A stretch of 64,000 nt of DNA, taken from the NCBI GenBank assembly GCA_030390025.1, contig JASTWF010000359.1:62001-126000 (forward strand), read 5' to 3'. The stretch comes from Squalus acanthias. Lineage: Eukaryota. The notes below the pieces were generated by a model. It was given only the letters and a program-made list of their open reading frames with translations, was not told the origin of the DNA and did not search any database. Both the position numbers and the translations under genes were made by a program. Shown in pieces: positions 23,519-36,600 of the stretch. Numbering within the stretch: position 1 is the stretch's first letter; every line of letters begins with the position of its first letter.

Positions 23519-23947
23519 GTCAGCTGTGGCTCAGTGGGTAGCACCCTCGCCTCTGAGTCAAGAAGGTTGTGGGTTCAAGCCCCACTCCAGGGACTTGAGC
23601 ACATAAAGCTAGGCTGACACTGCAGTGCAGAGGGAGTTGGAGGGGCCGTCTTTCGTATCAGAAACGTTAAACCAAATGTCTGCTCTCTCAGGTGGACGTA
23701 AAAGATCCCACGGCACTATTTGGAAGAAGAGTAGGGGAGTTATCCCCGGTGTCCTGGCCTATATTTATCACTCAATCAACATCACTAAAACAGATGATCT
23801 GGTCATTATCACATTGCTGTTTGTGGGACCTTGCTGTGCGCAAATTGGCTGCCGCGTTTCCTACATTACAACAGTGACTACACTTCATTGGCTGCAAAGC
23901 GCTTTGCGATGTCCGGTGGTCATGAAAGGCGCTGTATAAATGCAAGT
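23519..23947 (+). mobile_element. tRNA-derived DeuSINE-type SINE (SacSINE1-like)
   Basis: Pol III A box TGGCTCAGTGGG and B box GGTTCAAGCCC, a central domain shared with the 18128 copy, and an L2-like 3' end GGCGCTGTATAAATGCAAGT (compare the L2 end at ~46945). The tail resumes at 24175. Confidence 0.85.
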
Positions 23948-24174
23948 TGACATGAATCTGTCATTCATGAAAGAAAGACTTATGAAATAATACTGAGTGG
24001 CCTGCAGGTGGCGCTGTCCAGGGAGAGTATAAATACTCGGGCACGGGCCCAGCTTGCGTGGGACATTCTTAACAGGAACTAGTCAAGGACACAACTAGAC
24101 CTCCATGTTGTAAAGCAGTTGATTAAAGCTTTGTTTAATGCTTAGACCAAGTGCCTAGTAGTTTTCTTACGTCA
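23948..24174 (+). mobile_element. Short solo LTR (227 bp) inserted in the SINE tail
   Basis: TGAC...GTCA inverted termini, perfect 5-bp TSD CAAGT (23943-23947, 24175-24179), TATAAA at ~24028 and ATTAAA at ~24122. Confidence 0.85.
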
Positions 24175-24854
24175 CAAGTCTTTCTTTTTATTTGCGTAAT
24201 ACTGCGCTCCAACAAAATGTAATATTTTCTTAGCATCATGCATGCATCCTGACTGTTGGGAAGCATGTCATCTGACAATCCTGGTTATGCCAGCACGGAT
24301 TGGCCACAGGAAACCGGAAAAATCAGACCAACAGGCCTTAGGCCTGTCTCCTCCCCGATGCTAACCAGCAGGTACTGTGGGTTCAGAGTGTTCGCACATA
24401 AAATGGTGAGAGCCTCATTAAGGTCTCAAAACATTATGCTCATCAATTATAATGACTACCAGGTGCAATTTCCTGGGTTTCTTGCCGGGAATGTGTTGGC
24501 AGCTCTGGTCTTCGACAGCTCATTTCCTTAAAGTTGTGTTTCAGAGCTTCCTGTTGTAGATCTTGTTCTCTGGAGCGAACTTTTGCTGCAGTTTTACTGT
24601 GCCCTTTGCTTTTGCGCTTGGATTGTCCTTCTCTTTTTTATGCCCCCTGGTTTTCCCATCACGGTATTGCTGGGAGTTGGAGCAACCAAATATCTGAGGA
24701 TGAGAATTCCTCTCGTCTTCCTCTTATACTTAACGATTTGGAGGAAGAAGAGGAGCATCTGAGAAGGGATCGGAGACAGGTGGGACTACACCAGTGGTGT
24801 AGTGTCTGCATCCACCCTTACCCCAGGAGCCAGAGCTACAGACGAAAGCTTACC

Positions 24855-25022
24855 ACATCTCATTTGCTGTTTGTGGGGTCTTGCTGTGCACAAATTTGCC
24901 GCCGAACTTGCCAACACAACAACAGTGTTTGCACTTCAAAGGTTCTTCATTGGCTGTGAAGTGCTGTGGGAGGTACAAAGGATGTAAAAGGCACTATATA
25001 AATGCAAGTTCTTTGTTTCTTT
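24855..25022 (+). mobile_element. DeuSINE 3' fragment
   Basis: TTGCTGTTTGTGGG..TTGCTGTGCACAAATT...GGCACTATATAAATGCAAGTTCTTTG matches the SINE 3' half at 23815-23947. Confidence 0.75.
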
Positions 25023-26282
25023 CCCCTGCCATGCCCCGTCACTGGAAACTCCCTCTGCATGTTCTAAAATCTGCAGGCGAGCGGACCGCTGCCCAGCAAT
25101 GAGGTCTGTGAAACTTTGCCTCAAGGCTCTCTCAATCCCAGCCCCAACAGGTTGAATCCAAATATGGACGACTCCATTGGAGACTAAGGTCTTGATAGCC
25201 CCAGTCAGACATTCAGCTGAGAAACTGCACCTGGGCTCAGGACTTCTCTCACTGCAGTTAGCTGTGGAGTTGCCACGTGCACCTTGGTGGACTGTAACCA
25301 TTCAGGCAGTGCTCTCCTCCACAGTTGCGGCCAGACTTTTGCGCATTCTCAAACGATGGTGACAAGCATTCGTGCTTGGATAGAAGCATTCCTCTACATG
25401 CAGGACCAGGTACCAATCCCTTACCCCAGTAGCTGAAGGAGATCTTCAGCTGTCCTTACAGTCACTCGGTTTCTCTTCCTCTATTGGCAGCTCCGCACTC
25501 CTGCTCAACGCTTCATGCCCTCCTCAACTTGACTTGCTAAATCACCTGGAGCTGGTGCCCGTGTCAGGTGGAGAGAGTAGCATCGTCTGCTGTGAAGTGC
25601 TGGCTTATTTGATATCACTAGGACCATCTTGGGCGACAACTGGAGAAACACGAGAGGAACATGTATTTAAATGATGGCAGCAAGGAATCCTTTCAACCAG
25701 AGCTGACATCTCCATATAGTGTGCGTCACGCTGCTATGCATGCCCGTGAGTGAGTGAATAGGGGGAGGAAGTAAGTAAAGGATGGTCCCAGCTCTGAACT
25801 TGGGGGAAGCCTCAGCACGCTCCATCCTGCTACTCCCCCCATGGACCCTGGGCCCAGGATTTCAAGGGGAAGCTCCTCATATCTGCTTAAGAACCTACAA
25901 TTTGCAGGACCCATCTCTGGTTCCCCACAGTTCTCCTATTATGAGCAGCCTTCTGCAGCAACCTAATGCAAAGGTGTTGAAATGTTGGAAGTTTGAGGAG
26001 TGCAATCATTGATGTGCAAGTGGCCACCCTACATCCCAAGCTGCGTGTGAGTTCCTGAACATGGATGATACAGGTATGTTTTGTTGGAAGTGTGCTTTGT
26101 GGGCACAATTTGCAAGGTTTAATTCCAATTGTTGCGTATTTCAGTGCCCGCGGCAAGGTGCGCATGGCCATGTGTAAAAGAGCTGAAAAGCTGCTTGAGT
26201 GCTCTGCATGTGGCCTCAGCCAAGCTGCAACAGGTTGAGAGGGAATGTGTTGCAGCTTGTACCCTATGGCCATGGACGTCAG

Positions 26283-26600
26283 GTAGGGAAATGCTTGGTA
26301 GATTTACCGTGGCAATCTTCTGGAGGCGGATCAATTTCTTCCTCGTTTGCTCCCATGACCTGCAGATGTGGGAGATGTGATTGACCCTTTCAGCCGCCTC
26401 CTCCCACACTGCTTAGACTGCTGGACAGTGAAGAGCATGCCCATTTGCTGCATTTGTTGTGGAGGCACTTTTGTGGAGTGCCTTTTAAAGGAGCAGTTTG
26501 AATGCAGAATCTCCATTCTTCCATCATCAAGTGGCAGCTTGCAGCATCGCAGTGTGTTGTCCTTTAGTAGCAGCAGCAGCCCTTTAGTAGCAGCTGCTCC
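26283..26600 (-). pseudogene. Decayed Harbinger Myb/SANT-like exon
   Basis: WEEAAERVNHISHICRSWEQTRKKL resembles the W..VA..VN....RS..Q.RKK Myb-like motif, with a G|GTAAAT donor at ~26308. Confidence 0.55.
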
Positions 26601-26966
26601 ACAGGATATCATGTCCCTGCACTCAGTGAGTCCCCTGCCCCCATGGCCAATGCAGGCAGGGAGCTTGCTGATCAAATGCAAATGAACTGACCTCACAAAA
26701 TCGCAAAGAATTCCACAAAGCTAACTTTTCAAAATTCACCAGAAGTTGGCTTTGATGTAAGTTGCTTTATTCATGATTTGTGATGTTTATAGAGCCCAAA
26801 GCATCTACCACTTGCAATCCTCTTTTGTCCTAAATGTAAAATAAATTTGCACCAGCATTTTAAATACCAAGTCAGCCTCCTTCTGTCTCAGCAAGCAGAC
26901 CCTGGTACCTGCTAGAAGTGAGTAATTAACCTGCCATCAAATAGGGTCAAACAACAGGTTTTCTCC

Positions 26967-27390
26967 TTCCACACCCACATGCTCACACACGTGCACACAT
27001 ACACACACATATGCACACATGCACACACATGTGTGTGCACAAGTGTGTATATGTGCACACACATATACACATGCACACATACACATGTACATATACACAT
27101 GTGCACACACATGCACACATGTACACACACATGCACACATACACACATGTTCACACACACATGTACACACACAGGCACACATGTACACACACATGCACAC
27201 ATACACACATGTTCACACACATGCACACACACATACACACATGCACACACACATGTTCACACACACATGTTCACACACACACATACACACATGCACATAC
27301 ACACATGCACACACACACACATGTGCACATACACATGTGTGCACACACATATATACAAGTGCACACACTTGTACGCGTACACACACAACC
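26967..27390. repeat. Complex (CA)n/(CACATG)n alternating purine-pyrimidine microsatellite
   Basis: About 420 bp of CACACATG/CACATA variants. Confidence 0.97.
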
Positions 27391-27791
27391 ACCGTGGATG
27401 AGACTCATTTCCGCTCTGTGAAAAACAGCTCAGTTGCGACATTGCGACGTTCAGTAGATTGCTAACAGATAAACAGATGCTCATCTCATCCATACTGTTC
27501 ATGGTTTAAGTCCCAGTGCTTAAAGGTCACCTGCCACTCTCGTGATCTGCTTATTGTGCTCCCGCTGCACCCTGTAAATGGGCACCTGTTGAGCACCTTA
27601 TCTTGGAAGAGGGGAAGAAAGACTGAATTGCCTTACTCCACCGCAGCAATCATCTTGGCACAGCATGAAATAGAATTGGTACCATGCCATGGGGCCTCGC
27701 TCCCAATCCTTTTGACTGAAGAGTGGGAAAAAGGGAGAGGAGAATTTTAAAGGTGTGAACACAGTGCAGGATTTCAAATGACTCAAATGCC

Positions 27792-28447
27792 TTGAATGGC
27801 GGAGCAGGCTCGAAGGGCCGAATGGCCTACTCCTGCTCCTATTTTTCTATGTTTCTATGTTTCTATACTCTGCTCTGGTTAGTGCGTGCAGAAGCTCCTG
27901 ACCATTGCCCCTGCTTCAATCCTCCCTTGAATAATTTCTGTCAGATCCCGTTTGGTATCAGTAACAGATTGTCAGCCTAGTCTTTTCTTTACAGTAACCT
28001 TTGACTGCTGCTAATTCACAAGCACTTTGCTTGCATTCCCTTGAGTATAGAAGATTGAGGGGTGATCTAATCAAAGTGATTGAAATGATTCAGTGATTCG
28101 ATAGGGTAGATATAGAGAAGCTATTTCCTCTGGTGGGAGAGTCCAGAACAAAGGGACACAATCTTACAATCAGAGCCAGGCCGTTCAGGACCGAAACCAG
28201 GAAGCACTTCTTCACACAAAGGATCGTGGAAAGTTGGAACTCTCTCCCCCAAAACGCTATTGAGGCTGGGGGTCAATTGGAGCTTTCACGACTGAGATCG
28301 ATAGATGTTTTTGGATAAGGGTATCAAGGGATATGGAGCAAAGGTGGGAAAATGCAGTTGAGGTACAGATCAGCCCTGATATCATTGAATGGCGGAGCAG
28401 GATCAAGGGGTTGTAAAGCCGACTCCTGTTCATATGTTCCAATGTTT
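27792..28447 (+). mobile_element. Two CR1 3' remnants (27792-27866; ~28040-28447)
   Basis: The first is a 3' hairpin with a TTTCTATG tail. The second encodes GESRTKGHNL...RKHFFTQRIV. Confidence 0.85.
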
Positions 28448-29328
28448 CCAGGAATCCCACCAGACTGTAATCAACTGGAAATACACAAGGACAAGTGGGA
28501 ATATTTAAATGAGGTTGAGTAATATTGTGTGGAGCCATCTATCTATCTATCTACCTACCTGCCGATCGATCGATCGATCCATAGCAATAGCAATCACATC
28601 AATAAGTATAGAAGAATTTGTGAATTCTGGGTACATATGCAAATACACACATTGATAGGCGTACAAGTATCTATCCATGCAGAAACTGTTTGTACATATA
28701 CTAGCAGATCTCTCATTGTTCATGGTAAGTCAGAGGATATGCTGTTTCATAAGGAATATCTTATTGCTTGTTGCTGTTTCACAAGGGAAGTTTGCAACTT
28801 GCCATACAATGTAATGCACAATGTTGTATTCTGCGGCTGAGGTCATTGTTCTGTCGATCGTCAGCTTGTAAATCCCTGGCTCATCCTCAAGAACAGAAAA
28901 AACAGTGGGGCATGACTGGCTTTCATTCTCATTTATAAGATTGTTTTTTTTATCTGTGGCAAAGTGTATTGATATTGATAACAATGGAGCAGCCGTGGCA
29001 TTGCTCAAGAAGAGCCTGGGATCCGAAGCTCAGTCACGATGGTTACCTGTTAACCTAGCCCGCTCCTCTGACCCACCTCTCAGATCATCCCCCGTGGAGA
29101 AGGAGACTACGTTGGTTCTGAGGTCAATCAGAGTTTTGTTGCTGTTTCACAAGGGAAGTTTGCAGCTTGCCAGGCGCTTGTGAATTTCCAACTCCAGCTT
29201 CAAACTCCAGGGCACATTGTCTACCTGGATCTCCAGAAAGTTCTTTGTAAAGTTCTGCGTGGACGGCTATTAGAGAAGACTAGAGCCTGGAAATGCCTGT
29301 TGATGGTTTCAGTGCATGGACACTCAGT

Positions 29329-30030
29329 GGGGGGGGTTTGATTTCTGACCCGCTGCGAGTGGGTGGGAATCCCAGAAGTCCAGGTCTCCCCGCACACTGT
29401 GGAGTTTTAATTCCATAGCGTGCGTGTGACATCACGGACAGATTCCCCTCCCAGATGTCAGCCTGATTCACAGGCTGGCTTCCAGTCAGGCAGGGGAGGC
29501 TGGAGAACAGGCCGCAGCCCCAGGTAGATCCGATCCCTGACCCCGGGGGGGGGGGGTGGTGTCTGATCCCTGACCCCGGGGGGGGGTTGTCTGATCCCTG
29601 ACCCCGGTTGGGGGGGGCGGGTGTCTGATCCCTGACCCCAGGGGGGTGTCTGATCCCTGACCCCGGGGGAGTGGTTTGTATGGCGGGTGGGGAGGCTGAT
29701 GGTGGGGGAGCTTGGGGGGGCCGGGAGGAAGCCCTCCTGTTCCTCCCCGCCCACACTGAGGCTGTCTTCGCCTCGCTGCAGCTGCCAAGAATCCGAGGCC
29801 CGGGATCCCCGGCAAGCCACAGTTAATCCTGCACAGCAAGTTAAATCTGAGGCTTCCAGCCTCATTAGCATATTTAAAATGCCAACCCGCTTCCTGGGAG
29901 CAGGTTGGCTCCCTGCCGCCCGTCCCGCCTCCGTTAAAACCATAAGTGGGCGGGTTGAAGGCGGGTTGGGGCTGGGATTCAGATTTTTAACACTTTAACC
30001 TCCGACCCGACCCCAACCCACCCGTTTTTT
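29329..30030. mobile_element. GC-rich MITE-like element with an internal minisatellite
   Basis: GGGGG..GATTT start, complementary GGGTGGG / CCCACCCG subterminal motifs, and five copies of CTGATCCCTGACCCC plus a G-run at 29530-29670. Confidence 0.55.
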
Positions 30031-30199
30031 GTACGAGATTTCTCAGCTATTTTAACAGGGGTGAAAATCCATTTAAAATAAACTGGGGAATGCCATGCAA
30101 ACACGACAAGCATTTGGTTGCTTATATCAAGAACAGTCATTTCTAGCTTAAGATGTCACAGGGAAACAGTGCAATAGATAGGGAGTTGGATGAAACTGT

Positions 30200-30830
30200 G
30201 AACACAAGGAATGGTTATTAACTGGAAGGGACCCAGTTACCAGTATTAAAGATAACAGAGCAAGAAAGGGTTTTGGGCTAGCCACTGACAAGTCACTAAA
30301 GATTCATAAGCAATGTGATGTAGCCATAGGGAAAGCAAATAGGCTGCTTGCAAATATTGCTGGTCTGTCGAGGTACAGAACTTAGAGTGAAAAACTTACG
30401 TTATGTATTAGGGCTTTGGTACAACTGCATGTGACCATTTTTGGTCTTCACATCTGATGATATATATTGAGGTTCTGGAGAGGGAGCAGAGCAGCGATAC
30501 ATGAATGCTACCGAGACTTAAATCTCTTAATTACGAGGATAGGTGCAGAAATTCAGAAGAAGTCGCTATGAGACAACATAGGTTCAGGGGCGATATGATT
30601 GAGGTTTTAACATTCTGAAAGGATCAGATTATTAGATTTGGATAAGATATTTAAAATGGACAGCACGAGAAGGCATGGCTATACAATACGTGAGCAATGA
30701 GTGAAGTTAGATGCCAGGAAGTATTGGCACCATCTGAAACAGGTTACTGGTGAATGTGGTAAATATGACCAGATTACAGTCCTCTAAAAAGGGACTTGGC
30801 AAACTCCTGAGTGAAGAGCATGCTGAGACT
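30200..30830 (+). mobile_element. Ancient, decayed CR1 RT C-terminal fragment
   Basis: Recognisable AIGKANRLL, RALVQ and RGDMIEV-like segments in CR1 order, with many stops. Confidence 0.6.
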
Positions 30831-31192
30831 GATTGTGGGGAAGGTTAGATACATACGTCCAGTGATACATCTTGGCTATCCCAGAGTTTGCTACATTGGG
30901 GGAAAAATTCGGTGGCGCCCCCTTTGGGGCGCTAACTTTGCCGGGACGCTATTTTAGCGCCCTGAAAAAGTTAGCGCCCCTGCACCGTAAATTCAGTGGT
31001 AGCGCCCCAAGCAGGAGGCGGGGCGCTACTGGAAGCACTCCCCCTCCCTCTTGGGGCGCTACTACTGAATATCACGGTGCTATGTGCAACAGCACCATGC
31101 GTGTCGACATGTAGCGCCGCGTCATTGCAGGCCTCCCTGCTCTGATTAAAGGGGAGGGGCCTAGCGCTGCGCGCACCGAGGCCCTGCTGGAC

Positions 31193-32545
31193 CATAAGAA
31201 CATAAGAAATAGGAGCAGGAGTCGGCCATTTGGCCCTTCGAGCCTGCTCCGCCATTCAATGTGATCATGGCTGATGTAAGATCTTAATGATCTCCAAGTT
31301 CTTGGACAAGACACCAATAGACAGCAGCCAGTATGTTTGAGCAATAGATCAAGATTTATTAAGCATACAGCGTAATATACTTAATATTCGGCGATAGTTT
31401 TAACGAGTAGCTCACAGCCTTTGGTCTCTGGAACCTCTCGGACACAGATGATGTAATTTTAAGTCTGTTCCTTTGTCCTCGCAGTGCGTCTGTGTGAAGT
31501 TGTTCTTTGAGTATTGAGGTTTTAACCCATTTCTTATCAAAAGTTGGTTTGGCCAGTGTCCGTATATGGTCTTTAACAAAATCACCTTTTATAATTGGTT
31601 CTAATGGTCAAAATACCATTGTCACTCAGACTAAGGTAGCATCCCGCCTTTCCAGTATTTTTCCACCAACTTTGCCATGTTCAGTGTTCTCTTGTTTATA
31701 GTTTTTCACCCCATTGGAATTTACGTTATCTCTTTCATTTCTAGCTTCCCTGGTGCAAGGCCTTTATACCAAGGGCCCATATCAGCGCTGTTTCACTAGT
31801 CTTGAGGTATCCAATCTCACTTTAATCTACCAGATAAATTCTTATCTCTATGATCTCTCTCATTTTATGTCCTTATACTAATTATTTTTTAAATATTGTT
31901 GCAATTAGTTTTGTTAAGCGAATTCTAATTTCTACTTAGCATCATAATATGTTATTTAATGATTTAACCTTAACTCGCAGTCTGTGGCTGTTTGTTATCA
32001 AAACTTAGTCAAAACTGCTTTTGACTGTCCTCGCAGCTACATTTTGAACAAGTCTTAGCTTTCTAGTTACCCAGGAGTAATTATGGGTAATATTATTTGG
32101 TCAATGGCTACACCTGAAGTTATACATATATGATTCTCATCTACTAAATATCTTTAAATATCAGCCTTTCGTACACTGATCTTCTGCCTCAACTCCATTC
32201 ACCGGCCCTATCGCCATATCCCTTGATGCCCTTACTGGTCAGAAATCTGTCGACTTCTGTTTTGAATATACCCAATGACTGAGCCTCCACAGCCCTCTGG
32301 GGTAGAGAATTCCAAAGATTCACCACCCTCTGTGAAGAAATTTCTTCTCATCTCAGTCCTGAATGGCCTACCCTTTATCCTGAGGCTGTGGCCCCTGGTT
32401 CTAGACTCCCCAGCCAAAGGAAACATTCTCCCAGCATCCACCCGATCAAGCCCTGTAATAATTTTGTATGCTTCAATGAGATCCCCTCCCATTCTTCTGA
32501 ATTCAAGAGAATACAGGCCTCGTTTACGCAATCTCTTCTCATACC
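31193..32545 (-). mobile_element. CR1 3' fragment split by a solo LTR
   Basis: 31193-31274 plus 32176-32545 rejoin to a sequence very similar to 4877-5320. Confidence 0.93.
31275..32175 (-). mobile_element. Solo LTR (901 bp)
   Basis: TGTA...TACA termini with a perfect 4-bp TSD CTGA (31271-31274, 32176-32179). On the minus strand, TATAAA (~31768) precedes AATAAA (~31360). Confidence 0.88.
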
Positions 32546-33605
32546 ACCAGGGAGCGGGGTGCCAGGAAAACAGCCCAGCACTCAAGAGGAGTGCGTGGCT
32601 GAGCGATCGCGGCCGGCACCGCGAATGAAAGAGGGGAAGGGGTCAGGTGCTGGCAGGCGGCCAAAAAAAAAGCCACCCGACACCTGCCCGTTTAAATAAC
32701 GCTGCCACGGCTGCAAAAATGCCCCCTGACCCTGTTGGACATATCGTCCGGCGAGAGGTCAGGGGGCGCAGCCAAAGTTTGAGGCTGTGACGCTGCACAC
32801 AGCGAAAACGTCATCGCCGGAGGCGCAGCGCCGCGGGGCGCTACCGGCTACCGCCGCCGCTAACCTCCCGCTGAATTTCGTGGGAGGCATTAGCGGCGTT
32901 AGCGGCGCTGCGCCCGGGCGCTAGGGGCTTTGTGCGCCATTAGCGCCCCCTGGGGGTGCTAATGGGAGGTGCAAAGCAACCCAATTTCTCCCCCATTGTC
33001 TTTGGGAGTTGGGGAGGAATTTTTCAGAGTTCTTCCTGAAATTGGCCACAGTTTGCTCCAACGGGATTACTCGCAGTTGGGAAGAGCGGAGCACAAGATT
33101 GTATCATTTAGAGAAAAGGGTGCGATTGATGGGCCTGAGCATTTAAAACTGACCTTTCATTTAGTATATTCATCTGTGAGACCAGAAACACACACTGTCT
33201 CAGCTCAGATATGAAGAATGACTACTTAGGTGAGAGAACAGTAGACAACTGGCCTCTGAGGAGCCATTTCCCAGCTGGAGTCAGTTCATTCAGGAGACAA
33301 GTGGCAGAAAATTCACAAAAAATTACAATGCAAATAAGAGTCAATATTTCGAGGTACATTTTACAACCAGGCCTGTTCCCATAAGACTGCTTAAAATTTG
33401 AATTCTGAATTCCTCTTTGCACTTGAATAATAATTCACTGTTTGCACCATGTGGCGTTTTAATGTCATGAAAGGGTGTTACACAAATGCGAGTATCTCTT
33501 TTATTTGCGATTAGATGCATGTAGGTGTGTGTATAGGGAAAAGGTTAAAGTCTGTGCATCAGTTCTCAGCTGCTGATTTTAATTGCTCGGATTGTTTCGT
33601 TGCAG

Positions 33606-36600
33606 TGCCTCACGCTCTGGACCGATGTTCAAATCTATCACAACTGCGGCCACCGGTGAGCAACCTACTGATCTTCCACCTTTGAACACCGGAACCCAGT
33701 TAACAGGATCAGGAAGTAGCCTTCATGGAACCCTGAATGAAATTCTGACGAACACACCGCCATGTGATAGCGGCGTCCCCATGTCAGGAGACGGCAGGCA
33801 AAGGAAGCTTTCTTTTTCCTTTTCTAAGAAAGTTTGCTCGAAATTAGAGTCATCTGCAGCAGTCTTCAGGGACAATAAAGAGATTGTAAAACATGAACAT
33901 TTATTTGACCAAATTGCCTCAAGACATTCACGGCCAACAGTTACTCATGCTTCTAAGACCAGTGTTGCTCACCCAAAAGGGACTGAGATCTCCAATGGAA
34001 CAGGGGGTTCAGAGACTGAAGCCGAAAGCCTTCATTTGTTTTCTAAGGGCAATGCTGCTGGAATGAACACCACGCCAATAAGTTATGAAAATAAGTCAAC
34101 GCCCTCATCCTCTGGTCTCAGCTGCCTTTGTTCTGTAATAGATAGTCCTCTGGAGTTAGCAGCCAGAAACAGTATTGATCTGGCTCAGTCTGAAGCTTCT
34201 AATGAATCTAACAACGCTGATATGATGCTGACTGACTCTGAGACAACATTTGAGAAGTTTACAGATGGTCAAAGGACAACTGAAGTACACGGATTCTTGG
34301 CAAACATCTCAAGCTCTGAATCTGAGAAAGCCACGAAGGAAGCTGGTGAAATCACCAAGGAAGACTACCCACCAATTAGTGCAAAGGATTTCAGTGAGGC
34401 TTATTTCCCTGTGTTAAGTAGAAATGGATCACATGTTCTTCAGTGGCCTATTGAGATGATTCAGTTCACTAAAAAAGAACCACCGTTATCGTATTCCTGC
34501 AACCCTCTGCATTATGACTTTAAGTTATCAAGATCCTGGACCAGGTCATCGATGAACAGTATTAAAAGAGATGCTTCATGTTATGAGGAGTCCTTTCTCA
34601 CAGTCCTTGAAGAACCTCGTGAAAATCAAAATAACAGTTCCCCTGTGGGAAGTGCAGAGGTTCCAAGCATACGCTCAGCGCGCTCTGATCTAGATTCAAA
34701 TAGGGGAGAAGACAGATGTGGTGGGCACCCAACTAGCACCGGGCATGTGAGTTCGGGCGTGGAAGTACATGACCGAATTCAGCGATGCAGACACCAAATG
34801 TCTATTGAAGACTCAAGACAGAAAGGGAAGAGTGATGGGAAAGGTACAGAGAGTTCCAAGAGATTACGGCAACAAAGATTCAGATATTCTCAGAAACACA
34901 AGAAAAAGAAGAAAAGGAGGAAGTCTGTAGACAGGGATGAAAAGATCAAGTTACAAGACATCATTCAAACTGTGAGTCCGAATGAATCTTCGGAGAGAAG
35001 AGAGAAATGTTCCTTTAGGGAACTGCATGGAGGAGCTGTGAATGATGATCAAAGGTTGCTTCAGGACATCCGCGTTACAAAGTGGAAAAGAAGTGTTAAA
35101 AACGAGTGGAATACAAGAGTCAGGTCCAATCTGGCATCAAAGACACAAAACAGATGGAAAATGAAAGGCCTGAAAAACATGCTATACCATGAAAAACTGG
35201 ATGACTGTTCCCATAAAAAACACAAATTTGTGCATGAGTTTAACATAGAAGATAGCAGGAGGGCATTTAAAAATTCCCACTCGTGTTCTCTGCCTCAGAT
35301 CCCAATACAGAAAGAGCAGCTTTATTTCTGCCGAGGTTTCTCATGCAGCAACTCACAAGCAAGCAAGTGTCGGCATCATTGCAGTGGCAGTGGTGTGACG
35401 AGTGGCTCATCTTCAAATCACAAGGAATATTTCTCCTGGCACTCACCAAATCAGGAGTTTGACTTTCCGAATAAGGATATCCGATCCTGTCGGAAAAGGA
35501 AAAGGCACAATGAGGCTGACGGCGATGACACAGGCCGTAAAAGCCAATCAAAGAGCTGGAGTTGCTGCAACAGTTATGGCAGCGTGCAGTTACAGACCTG
35601 TCATGGAGGGCCGCGTTCCTGCAACAGTTTGAAGGAACCAGATGGTAATAAGAATCAAAGTGCATGCAGAGACCCTCCTAGTATCTTCTCACCAGTCAGT
35701 CAACAACCAGCTTCAGATCTGGTTTCCAGGAGCACTCGGAAGAAGCATACAACAGGAATGTGTGTCACAAGAGATGAAGAGGTGATAGGTAGCAGGTTTT
35801 TGATTGGTAACACCCAACACAAAGGTTTGGCGCTCGACCAGAAGACAGTAATATCTCATCATTCGCCCAAAAATCATTTTCTTCTTGGCGCTGGGGAAGG
35901 TTTGGGGGGAAATTCATTGAACGAAGAGGTGAAGCAGGAAAGAAAGAGCGAAACCGCCCTGGCTTTTCACGCAGCGTCAGAAGGGTGTGTGGCCACAGAA
36001 CCAGCACATCGCTGGGGCGAGCAGACGGAAGTAGCCGCACAATCCTGCAGAGAAGCCAAAGACAACCTTCGCCCCATGACCACAACGCAGCAGGCACCGT
36101 GCTGCCATTCAATAAACCCGCGTCAAAATGAACAGTCAGAAACAAAGTGTCATTTCCAACAAGGCGGTAAAGTTCTAGGAAACACTGAACTGAGAGCCAG
36201 CAGCAATCATAGCCTGCACAAACCTCTTTCAACAGATGAAGTAGACAAGTACAGGAAGGATCAGCTGGCTGTCAGGCGATTTATACACGAGCAATGCTTA
36301 CGAGAAAAGTACAATGACCCCTTCCTTGCCAGCTTACCTCTGCCCGCCCTAGCCCCGGGAGTTCTGATTGATTATAGTCTGCACCCAACACCAGCTTCCA
36401 TCAGTCCCTTTCACCACTCCCAACATTTCCCAATCTTCCATTCTTTATTACAGCCTGAGCCAGGTACCATTTCCCTCGGACCAGCCAGAGAAGCCAACGT
36501 CGACCCCGGTTTATTGGCTCTTCACGCAGTTGAGTTGAGACCCGCCCCTTCAGTCCGTTTTGCTCATTTCTCAGTCCCGCTTCCTACTTTTCAGCACTTG

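Larger units (their letters stand above)
30898..32994. mobile_element. Harbinger-type MITE containing a nested CR1 and a solo LTR
   Basis: TIR GGGGGAAAAATTCGGT / ACCCAATTTCTCCCCC (14/16) with a perfect 3-bp TSD ATT (30895-30897, 32995-32997). Confidence 0.9.

Noticed and set aside
23519..23600. tRNA gene
   Set aside because: A and B boxes are present, but the sequence continues directly into a SINE body and tail found elsewhere in the window.
26912..27502. His/Thr- and Cys/Val-rich ORFs
   Set aside because: They are translations of the CA microsatellite.
33583..33605. Start of the 1036-aa ORF as a single-exon gene
   Set aside because: It begins at a TTG in intron sequence. A splice acceptor at 33605 and the in-phase upstream exon explain the true structure.
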